NCBI GenBank assembly: GCA_030426585.1
Contig: JAUHYH010000001.1
Span: forward strand, 1 to 57,954
Origin: Bacteriovoracia bacterium
Lineage (GTDB): Bacteria; Bdellovibrionota; Bacteriovoracia; Bacteriovoracales; Bacteriovoracaceae
Length of the DNA: 57,954 bases
Reading direction: 5' to 3'
Shown piece after piece: positions 46,909-53,991 of this stretch; the stretch's first letter is position 1; each line of letters begins with the position of its first letter. The position numbers and the translations under genes were made by a program. The notes beneath the pieces were generated by a model. That model was given only the letters and a program-made list of their open reading frames with translations. It was not told the origin of the DNA and made no database searches.

Positions 46909-48338
46909 TGAAAATGATAATCTTATTTGCTTTTGCATTATCAATAAAAGGGTTTAGCTTTGATCAACTTTCAGAAAAGGAAGCACTTAGAGGTGAAATC
47001 ACTGATAGAATTACCAATGTCATAAAAGTTTTTGATTCTGAAGCAAGAGTCGATGTCAGTATTCAGTTATCAAAAAGGAATAAAAAAATTAAAGTTAATA
47101 ATCCTTTTCTGTTATCGCTTGATCAAGAAAATGGGGCCAGTGAATATTATATTTTAAAACTCTCTGCAACAATATTTACTCGGTTTTCAACTTCAGAGAT
47201 ACCAACTGAGGTGACAGAGAGAATTAATGCTATTAGTTCTGAATATTCTAGAAACAAAGAAGTATTTTATTCTGAGCTTCAAGGTTCTACTGTAAGTCCT
47301 TCTTTCATGAGTCAAACTTCACCTTTTGAGTTCTTTGTCGCTTTTATATTATTATTTGCCTGCTCATTTGGAGTGTTTGTTTTTTATCAATCCAAGAAGC
47401 AAGCTTCAAGTAATATTGGGAGCATTGTTGAAGAAGGAATTAAGAAAATTTCAAACTCGCTTGATTCATTGGGAACCATCGCTGGTGGAAATGTCGAAAC
47501 GACGCCATTTAATATTGAGGTTAACTCGGGTAAAGAGTCCTTTCTTTTAGATGTTTCACTAGACTCCTTAGAAGAGGTCCTAATGGACTGTTATTGGTGT
47601 GAAGAGGATCGGTATGGTGCCTATCTGTGGGAAAGACTGGATGTTCTTAGAAAGGGGCAATTAATAGAGAAAAATAAGAGAATGGCAGATTATGGTGCTT
47701 TTCTTCAATCTGTTGAACCTGAGAATAAAAAGTTTGTGACAGATTCTTATTACCTTTCTCCTTTATCTCTAGAATCGATTGATAATGAATCACTTACGAA
47801 GTTAGTTGAAAAGTACAACTCTGTCTTTCATCTTCTTCCTAAAATCAGAATTGACCACCTTGACCTATCAGCAATTAAAAAGAAAGAACTTTATTTAAAG
47901 AAATACTCTAAGGAAGATACTCAATTCGAAATTCAAAATATTAATTGGGATGAGTACAAAACTACAATTTCACGTCCATTAGATAATGTACATGTGTTTA
48001 GTTTTAAAGATTTTGATGAAGAAGAAGAGTTTTTTAAAGAAAATAGTCATGATGTGTCCCTTATTCATGCATTTCCCTCGCTTTCTTGGTTAACTGTTTT
48101 AAGAGAAGAAGATATTACTGAAATTTTATCAAAATTTACAGCTAAACAACTGGCGATTGCTTGGCACGCTCCAAGTTCTACTTTGGAAAAATTGGAAGAA
48201 TGTCTTCCAGAAGAAAAACTCCATCTCTTAAAGACTTATCAGGAAAGTTTAACTTCCAATAGAAACAATTCTGTTTATCAACAGATTATTGCCGAAGCTA
48301 TTGTAAGACTTGAGAAAAGACTAACATTGGCTGCATAG
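46905..48338 (+). CDS. Bitopic membrane protein of unknown function: periplasmic FliF/YscJ ring-motif-like segment, one TM, and a cytoplasmic domain with a FliG-C-like end
   Basis: N-terminal hydrophobic leader, then ALRGEITDRITNVIKVFDSEARVDVSIQL (compare FliF ALEGELARTIETL..V..ARVHL). TM FFVAFILLFACSFGVFVFY. C-terminal VLREEDITEILSKFTAKQLAIAWHAPSSTLEKLEECLPEEKLHLLKTY...IIAEAIVRLEKR (compare the FliG_C pattern L..VD...L..LL.......LA.ALKGAS.EL.EK...NMS.R....L.EE.E......I...IR.LE). Overlaps motB by 4 nt. Confidence 0.45.
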   Translation: MMKMIILFAFALSIKGFSFDQLSEKEALRGEITDRITNVIKVFDSEARVDVSIQLSKRNKKIKVNNPFLLSLDQENGASEYYILKLSATIFTRFSTSEIPTEVTERINAISSEYSRNKEVFYSELQGSTVSPSFMSQTSPFEFFVAFILLFACSFGVFVFYQSKKQASSNIGSIVEEGIKKISNSLDSLGTIAGGNVETTPFNIEVNSGKESFLLDVSLDSLEEVLMDCYWCEEDRYGAYLWERLDVLRKGQLIEKNKRMADYGAFLQSVEPENKKFVTDSYYLSPLSLESIDNESLTKLVEKYNSVFHLLPKIRIDHLDLSAIKKKELYLKKYSKEDTQFEIQNINWDEYKTTISRPLDNVHVFSFKDFDEEEEFFKENSHDVSLIHAFPSLSWLTVLREEDITEILSKFTAKQLAIAWHAPSSTLEKLEECLPEEKLHLLKTYQESLTSNRNNSVYQQIIAEAIVRLEKRLTLAA

Positions 48339-48365
48339 TAAATATCAAATTAAATTATAAAGATA

Positions 48366-48396
48366 AAAAAACCCGGAACTAAGTCCCGGGTTTTTC
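48366..48396. terminator. Bidirectional terminator after the stator operon
   Basis: AAAAAAACCCGG-(AACTAAGTC)-CCGGGTTTTT hairpin with flanking A and T runs, lying between convergent genes. Confidence 0.7.
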
Positions 48397-48398
48397 TT

Positions 48399-48920
48399 TT
48401 AGGAAGCGTTCTGTAGCTTCGCTTGTATTTTTTGAATAAGCCTGAAATAGCTTGGAGCTTTTTCTCTAACCTCTTCAACAACAATGATGTCTGAGGTTTT
48501 TTCAGCCATTGGATTTACATACATTTGAGGTCTAAAAAATACGGTATAAACCTTTCTGTAGAAGTATGTAAGTATCCCAAGTGGGATGATCGCTGCGACG
48601 AGAGTTAATCCTCCGATCCATGGTGCAACCATAAAGTTTGCGATAATCATGAACGTCACAATTGGATAAACAAATAGTAACGCTGTTGGTACAAGCAAGT
48701 TGTTGATCATTGCAATACCGATTAAAATCATGGACACATCAAAAAACATAGATGCTGGTCCCGTTGGTTCCAATCCAAATACTGAGAAGTATTCAGTTTC
48801 AAAGCCAGCAAAAGGAACAATATCAAAGTGCGGTGAAAAACCCGCTAATAGAAAAAATGATCCTACAAAAAGCCTTGAAAGGATAACCCACCAGCTATCT
48901 CCTGATTTAAAAAATTCCAT
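48399..48920 (-). CDS. Hypothetical integral membrane protein (about 4 TM)
   Basis: 173 aa with four hydrophobic helices. No recognised motif. Confidence 0.5.
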   Translation of the reverse strand: MEFFKSGDSWWVILSRLFVGSFFLLAGFSPHFDIVPFAGFETEYFSVFGLEPTGPASMFFDVSMILIGIAMINNLLVPTALLFVYPIVTFMIIANFMVAPWIGGLTLVAAIIPLGILTYFYRKVYTVFFRPQMYVNPMAEKTSDIIVVEEVREKAPSYFRLIQKIQAKLQNAS

Positions 48921-49007
48921 ATAACCTCCTTATCAATACTTATGATAGGGGATTATCATTTTTTAATCTTTAAGCTAGTTTTATAAATTGTGAAGAAAAT
49001 TACACAT

Positions 49008-49883
49008 TTAGATACTGTCTATGCCGTTGATCCATAGGTTATCAATTCCATGATCATTTTTAAAGAGGCCTAAATAAGAAATTTGATTGGGCTCAGTAGG
49101 GAATTCATTAGCAGCAGTCCAAAGGTTTCCGTGATTTCGAACTTGGACGAATAACTCAGGGGGAATAAAATGTTCATGAATGATATTTTTTAAGTCCTGA
49201 CCTTTATTGATTAAAAAATAAGAAAAGATTTGATCATTTTTTTTATAAATATAAAGATCTGCTGATTCGACTTTGAACCACTCCTCCCAGTCTCTTTCAG
49301 TTCTTTGAAACATTGTGAGTTTTTTTGATTTTTCCAAATAGAGTTCTTTGATCTTATCGAATTCTTTAGGGGAGAGACTCTTTTTGTCTTTTAAGAAAAA
49401 TTCTGAAGAAGCATTTTCTTGAAAGTATTCATATTGTTGGTTTTTAAGTTCAAATCCGAATTTATAGTAAATCTCAGGAGCTCCACTCCAGAGAATTTGT
49501 ATGGTTTCTTTATTTTCTTTTGCTTGTAGACTTTCAAAAAACTTTCGAAAAAGACCTTTTCCTTGAAATTCTTTTTTTACGACAATGCCTCCCCACAAAG
49601 AAGCATCATATGATTGAGTATTTTTCTTGAGTATTCGCTTTTTTTGGCCAATATGAGCGATAACTTCACTGTTTTTATTCAAGAGGACATGGCAATTCTG
49701 GAAGTTATGCTTATTGAATAGGGGATAAAAATCAGTTTTGAAGGAATATTGGGGCAGATAGTTGAACTCTTTCTCAATTATGTCCAAAGCCTGACTAACG
49801 AGATCAGGTTTGTGCTCTAAATTACTGATAGTAAAATCATTAAAATCCATAAGATAGATATTAACAGGGAAAGAAGTTCCCAT
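49008..49883 (-). CDS. GNAT-family N-acetyltransferase-like protein
   Basis: WGGIVVKKEFQGKGLFRKFFESL resembles GNAT motif A (Q/R-x-x-G-x-G/A). 291 aa. Divergent from flagellin 1. Confidence 0.55.
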   Translation of the reverse strand: MGTSFPVNIYLMDFNDFTISNLEHKPDLVSQALDIIEKEFNYLPQYSFKTDFYPLFNKHNFQNCHVLLNKNSEVIAHIGQKKRILKKNTQSYDASLWGGIVVKKEFQGKGLFRKFFESLQAKENKETIQILWSGAPEIYYKFGFELKNQQYEYFQENASSEFFLKDKKSLSPKEFDKIKELYLEKSKKLTMFQRTERDWEEWFKVESADLYIYKKNDQIFSYFLINKGQDLKNIIHEHFIPPELFVQVRNHGNLWTAANEFPTEPNQISYLGLFKNDHGIDNLWINGIDSI

Positions 49884-49952
49884 AAAGCTAACACCTCTAA
49901 AACAATCTCTAAATTTTCACGATCTGTATGATGCGAAGACATTGAACTTCGC

Positions 49953-49975
49953 CAACCTCAAATGAGTTGAGGTTG
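49953..49975 (+). promoter_or_regulatory. Perfect 9-bp hairpin / inverted repeat in the flagellin-1 leader
   Basis: CAACCTCAA-ATGAG-TTGAGGTTG, ending 8 nt upstream of the AGGAGG Shine-Dalgarno (49984-49989). Confidence 0.45.
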
Positions 49976-49996
49976 AAATCATCAGGAGGATGCGCA

Positions 49997-50845
49997 ATGG
50001 GATTACGTATCAACACCAACGTAGCGTCTGTGAACGCACAACGGAACCTCCGAACGACACAGAGAGGTCTCCATAAGACTCTCGAGCAATTGTCTTCGGG
50101 TTTTCGTATCAATCGTGCTGGTGACGATGCCGCTGGTTTGGCCATTTCCGAGAATTTGAGAGCTCAAATTCGAGGTCTAGGGCAAGCCGAAAGAAACGCA
50201 AGTGACGGTATCTCACTAGTGCAGATCGCAGAAGGTGCTCTTGCCGAATCATCTAACATTCTAATCAGACTTAGAGAGTTAGCAGTGCAAGCAGCGTCAG
50301 ACACGATCGGACCAACAGAGAGAAAGTTTCTCAACGTTGAATTCGAGCAGTTGATTTCCGAAATGGATCGGATCGCCAACTCAACAGAATTTAACAACGT
50401 TAAACTTCTCAACGGAACAGGAGCTGTACTCGATATCCAAATCGGAACGAGAAACGATCCTATCGCCGACAGATTAACATTTGATGCTTCGGCAGCGGAT
50501 GTTAACGTCGCGGCTTTAGGACTGAATCTCGCTTCAGTGGCGGATAAAATTTCAGCTCAGAACTCGCTCGCAGCGATTGACCAAGCAATCATTACAGTTT
50601 CTGGGGTAAGGGCCGATTTTGGTGCTCTTCAGAACCGATTGCAATCAACGATCAATAACATTTTGATCAGTATTGAGAACATGTCGGCTGCAAACTCTCG
50701 GGTTCGAGATGCAGACATCGCGAAAGCGACGGCTGAATTGACGAAAAACAACGTTCTAATGCAAGCAGGTACTTCGGTACTAGCGCAAGCGAACCGAGTG
50801 ACCTCGTCTGCGATTGGACTAATCCAATCCGCTTCGAATATCTAA
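49997..50845 (+). CDS. fliC: Flagellin (short, ~282 aa, D0/D1 only), GC-rich paralogue
   Basis: MGLRINTNVASVNAQRNL, AGDDAAGLAISE, LGALQNRL and LAQAN are present. The start is at 49997 behind AGGAGG; the longer ORF-track start at 49967 is rejected. Confidence 0.92.
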   Translation: MGLRINTNVASVNAQRNLRTTQRGLHKTLEQLSSGFRINRAGDDAAGLAISENLRAQIRGLGQAERNASDGISLVQIAEGALAESSNILIRLRELAVQAASDTIGPTERKFLNVEFEQLISEMDRIANSTEFNNVKLLNGTGAVLDIQIGTRNDPIADRLTFDASAADVNVAALGLNLASVADKISAQNSLAAIDQAIITVSGVRADFGALQNRLQSTINNILISIENMSAANSRVRDADIAKATAELTKNNVLMQAGTSVLAQANRVTSSAIGLIQSASNI

Positions 50846-50875
50846 GCACTAATGAGTTAAGTCATTAGTGCTTAG
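50842..50875 (+). terminator. Perfect 14-bp stem-loop overlapping the flagellin-1 stop codon (no T-tract)
   Basis: CTAAGCACTAATGA-GTTAAG-TCATTAGTGCTTAG. The TAA stop (50843-50845) lies inside the 5' arm. Confidence 0.45.
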
Positions 50876-51094
50876 AAGGCTCGATGAGCTGAGTAGAGCG
50901 AAACGTTGAGTTGTATTTTGTTGAGTTGAACTTTTTGAAAGTTAACGATCCTGCATAAGTTAGATGGAGAGGTGCGTCCGCTCCGGTAACAATGAAGTTG
51001 TAGAGAGTGAAATCTCTATAGGTGTAGAAGTATGTGCAAAAAACTTTTTATTAACAAAATGATCATGAAGATCGCTAAGCATAGGAGGTGCGCA

Positions 51095-51112
51095 ATGAAT
51101 AGCGGAGATTAA
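51095..51112 (+). other. Five-codon upstream mini-ORF (MNSGD*) in the flagellin-2 leader
   Basis: AGGAGG (51083-51088) + TGCGCA + ATG copies the flagellin-1 SD/spacer/start (AGGAGG-ATGCGCA-ATG). The frame stops at TAA 51110-51112, 2 nt before the flagellin-2 ATG. Confidence 0.3.
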
Positions 51113-51114
51113 TC

Positions 51115-51948
51115 ATGGGACTAAGAATTAACACCAATGTGCCTTCAATTACGGCACAGCGGAACTTAAAGATGACAAAACGGAGTCTTGATAGCAATTA
51201 CAGCAGACTTGCATCAGGCTCTAGGATTTCAAAAGCAGCAGATGATGCTGCAGGGTTAGCAATTAGTGAGAAACTCAAAGCCCAAATTCGAAGTTTACGA
51301 CAAGCCAGAAGAAACACTGAAGACGGTATTTCGATGGTTCAAGTCGCCGAAGGTGGGATGAATGAAGTTTCAGGGATGTTAATTAGGATGAGAGAGTTGG
51401 CGATTCAAGCAGCTTCAGACACAATTGGACCAGACGAAAGACGGTTCACTGACCTAGAATTTCAAGCTTTGAAAGCTGAAATTGAAAGGGTTGCACAGTC
51501 TGGAGAATACAATGGGAACAAGCTCCTTAATGGAGCAGGTGGACTCATTGAAGTGCAAATTGGAACGCGTAATAATCCATTCGAAGATAGAATTAGTTAC
51601 GACGCTTCACTTACCGACGTTACTTTAGGAGCACTCGGTATTACAGGTGACGAAGTGACTAGTAAAGAAGGAGCTCAAAGCGCACTAACCAGTCTTGATA
51701 ATGCGATATTATCAGTCAACGGTTCACGTGCAGAACTTGGAGCGCTTCAGAATCGAATGGTAACGATTACAAACACTCTCGACATTAACGACGAGAACTT
51801 CAGTGCTGCAAACTCACGGATTCGAGATGTTGATATTGCTTCCGAATCAGCTGACCTTACTAAAAACAATATCCTAGTACAGTCCGGAGTATCTGTACTA
51901 GCCCAAGCCAACAATACTTCGAACCTTGCACTGAAACTACTAGGCTAA
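51115..51948 (+). CDS. fliC: Flagellin (short, 277 aa)
   Basis: MGLRINTNVPSITAQRNL, AADDAAGLAISE, LGALQNRM and LAQANNTSNLALKLLG are present. Confidence 0.93.
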   Translation: MGLRINTNVPSITAQRNLKMTKRSLDSNYSRLASGSRISKAADDAAGLAISEKLKAQIRSLRQARRNTEDGISMVQVAEGGMNEVSGMLIRMRELAIQAASDTIGPDERRFTDLEFQALKAEIERVAQSGEYNGNKLLNGAGGLIEVQIGTRNNPFEDRISYDASLTDVTLGALGITGDEVTSKEGAQSALTSLDNAILSVNGSRAELGALQNRMVTITNTLDINDENFSAANSRIRDVDIASESADLTKNNILVQSGVSVLAQANNTSNLALKLLG

Positions 51949-51980
51949 TAGAGAGATCATTCACTTCAATCTCTACAATA

Positions 51981-52013
51981 CCCCGGGGCGGAATCACCCC
52001 GGGGTTTTTTTTT
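51981..52013 (+). terminator. Rho-independent terminator of flagellin 2
   Basis: CCCCGGGG-(8 nt)-CCCCGGGG stem followed by T9. Confidence 0.85.
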
Positions 52014-52206
52014 ATTTGAGTGCAGAAAACCTTCTATCTACTTCGTCACTTTCAATTTTTTCTCAGTCACTTACCAAAGCGTAAGCTCCTGTCGAATAAA
52101 ATCAAAAGTTCCTTGTATCTCTCGTTTTTCTTTCTCAAATACACCTATTTACTCAAGTAATTTGAGCCTGGATGATAAAAGTAGGGAAATCGAATAGAAT
52201 GAGAGA

Positions 52207-53196
52207 GTGGAAGAGATAAAAGACAAAAAAACTATTCTTGTTCTAGGTGCCTCATCTTTTTTAGGTGTAAACCTCATAAGTTATTTAAAAACAAACCATC
52301 GAGTTATTGGAACCTACTATAATACGCCGATCCATTTTAAGGATGTCTTAACCGTTCGATTAGATATTTTTAATAAAAAAGCCCTCGATAGACTCGTTTT
52401 TGCTTTCCGACCAGATATTGTCATTTATTGTATTGGTCAAAACTCCCTCACCCGATGTGGTAAATATAGAAATGCCGCTGAGGCACTCAATACTTCCGGG
52501 GTTGTTAATACTGTTTCTACAATTGAAAAATATGGAACAAAGTTTGTGTACTTTTCGAGTCCTCATATTTTTTCTGGAGATAAAGGAAATTATTCAGAAA
52601 GAGAAACTCCAATGCCTTCAACTGTCCTTGGGGGAACTCAAGCCAATTCAGAGTTTTATATACAGAAGAACTCTCTGAATTATCTCATCTTTCGAGTGTG
52701 TAATCTTTTTGGAAGGTCTTATAATCCAGGGAAACCAAACTTTTTAGAATTTCTTGAAAATAAGTTCTTTTACCACGAACCTTTTTATTGTGATAACTCT
52801 GTAAGTACAGGTTGGTTCAGTGTTCTCTTGCTTGCCAAAATTGTTGATATGGCAATCAGAAAAAATCTCTCAAATAGGCTACTTCAAGTATGCTCTAATG
52901 AGGCTTTAAACCAATATGAGTTTGCAAAAATTTATGCCAAAGTCCATAAGCTTGATACGTCTTTTGTGTCACAAAGGCGAGTTCCTTTTCCTTTAGATGA
53001 AAAGAAAGCAATGGTTTCCGGAGTAGGGAATGCAGACTATTTGGATTTTTCGATGAGTGTTCAAAACCTTCTGAGTGTCTTCAACTTAAAGATCCCAAAG
53101 ATCGATTCAATGGTTCATAACTATTACACAATGTTGGGATTAAATATCAAAGCCGCGGCGGCACCAACTCAAAAGTCCGAGATTAAATATATCTAG
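52207..53196 (+). CDS. RmlD-like (dTDP-4-dehydrorhamnose reductase fold) extended-SDR protein lacking the catalytic Tyr/Lys
   Basis: GTG start. Rossmann motif ILVLGASSFLGVNL. VYFSSPHIFSGDKGNYSERETPMPSTVLGGTQANSE aligns with RmlD hSTDYVFDG...Y.E.D...P.NVYG.SK..GE, but Y is replaced by L and K by Q. Confidence 0.6.
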   Translation: MEEIKDKKTILVLGASSFLGVNLISYLKTNHRVIGTYYNTPIHFKDVLTVRLDIFNKKALDRLVFAFRPDIVIYCIGQNSLTRCGKYRNAAEALNTSGVVNTVSTIEKYGTKFVYFSSPHIFSGDKGNYSERETPMPSTVLGGTQANSEFYIQKNSLNYLIFRVCNLFGRSYNPGKPNFLEFLENKFFYHEPFYCDNSVSTGWFSVLLLAKIVDMAIRKNLSNRLLQVCSNEALNQYEFAKIYAKVHKLDTSFVSQRRVPFPLDEKKAMVSGVGNADYLDFSMSVQNLLSVFNLKIPKIDSMVHNYYTMLGLNIKAAAAPTQKSEIKYI

Positions 53197-53212
53197 TAAG
53201 GTCGCGCGTACC

Positions 53213-53746
53213 TTATTGGGCTGACTGGCGAATAAACTCAGTAAGATAATACTTCACAAGTGTACTGACGTTGACCTTGTCCCCTTGGAAAGTCCATTGG
53301 ATTTCATTGAAAGGCCCAACACTTGCGCGTATTTCGTGTGCAGTGTTCTCTTTTCCTGATCCATTATTCATTCTTGCTGGGTAATAACCAGAAGAATTAC
53401 TCACAAATCCAAGAGAGATCACATCGGAAGCGGCACGAGAAACTATAAGCTTTAAAGAATTTCTAAAAAGCATAAAGTCATTAACCGTATTTGAAATTTT
53501 AAACATCTTGATAGACTTATTATTAGTATAGTCATTTCTTAGATGATTAAACTTTGTTGTGTATACTTCAAAAAGCTCACGAATTTCTTCCATGAGTTCA
53601 ATAGAAGCTTCTTCAAGTTCCATTGTTGGATCAACGTGATTGTTAAAATTAACGATTCCCGTCTCGTCCATATTGATTTCTTCGAGAGCGAGATTTTCAA
53701 TCCACTTCGTGGAGAGGTTTGTGAGGGTTTCTCTAGTATTTTCCAT
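53213..53746 (-). CDS. Hypothetical cytoplasmic protein
   Basis: 177-aa ORF with an acidic N-terminal half. No family recognised. Confidence 0.45.
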   Translation of the reverse strand: MENTRETLTNLSTKWIENLALEEINMDETGIVNFNNHVDPTMELEEASIELMEEIRELFEVYTTKFNHLRNDYTNNKSIKMFKISNTVNDFMLFRNSLKLIVSRAASDVISLGFVSNSSGYYPARMNNGSGKENTAHEIRASVGPFNEIQWTFQGDKVNVSTLVKYYLTEFIRQSAQ

Positions 53747-53807
53747 ACTTTAATTTCATCGTTAATGGAGGTTTATGTCAAATATAGAGGGGGGTTAAAG
53801 AAAGAGG

Positions 53808-53991
53808 GTCCGGCGGGTCCGTGAGTTTCGCGCCCCTTCAAAGAAGGTGGGCGCAATAAGTAGTTACGTTAGGCTTCCCATTTATCTATCAATATTCATA
53901 ACAGATAATAATAGTCGGGCATGCACACAGTAACCAGTGACAGCTCCCGAAAGAGTATTTGTAGGGCGAAACACCGTGTGGTCCGCCGGAC
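53808..53991 (+). ncRNA. Candidate structured RNA or cis-regulatory leader: GC-rich ~184-nt imperfect rod-like hairpin upstream of the Tad/Flp locus
   Basis: A 12-bp closing helix joins 53808-53819 to 53980-53991 (GTCCGGCGGGTC / GGTCCGCCGGAC), including two G-U pairs that work only on the + strand. A second helix pairs GTTTCG(CG)CCC 53825-53835 with GGGCGAAAC 53964-53972. An alternative local hairpin spans 53830-53854, and an AT-rich apical hairpin spans about 53878-53920. The region stands out compositionally in an AT-rich 386-nt intergenic gap. Confidence 0.3.

Noticed and set aside
49909-50849. Three antisense ORFs (49909..50145, 50164..50412, 50667..50849, minus strand) across the flagellin-1 locus
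   Set aside because: They lie opposite an unmistakable flagellin reading frame, have no SD or recognisable motifs, and are explained by the locally higher GC content reducing stop-codon frequency.
50964-51062. 32-codon ORF (MERCVRSGNNEVVESEISIGVEVCAKNFLLTK) in the inter-flagellin spacer
   Set aside because: It has no Shine-Dalgarno sequence and no recognisable features. It is more likely untranslated leader or promoter DNA.
49884-51114. Sigma-28 (FliA) promoters TAAA-N15-GCCGATAA upstream of the two flagellins
   Set aside because: The best candidates match only about half of the consensus or have wrong spacing: TAAC-N15-ATCGCTAA at about 51051-51077, and TAAA...TGCGAAGA near 49909-49938. 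The evidence is not strong enough to annotate.
53808-53991. Known housekeeping RNAs (tmRNA, SRP/4.5S RNA, RNase P RNA) or a c-di-GMP-I (GEMM-I) riboswitch as the identity of the GC-rich element
   Set aside because: I found no tRNA-like acceptor/T-arm or tag ORF (tmRNA). There is no GGAA-tetraloop helix-8 motif with AGCA (SRP). It lacks GAGGAAAGUCCGG and is far too short for RNase P. There is no ACGCAAAGC / GCAAACC core (GEMM-I). Identity is left open; 6S-like architecture is only a shape analogy.
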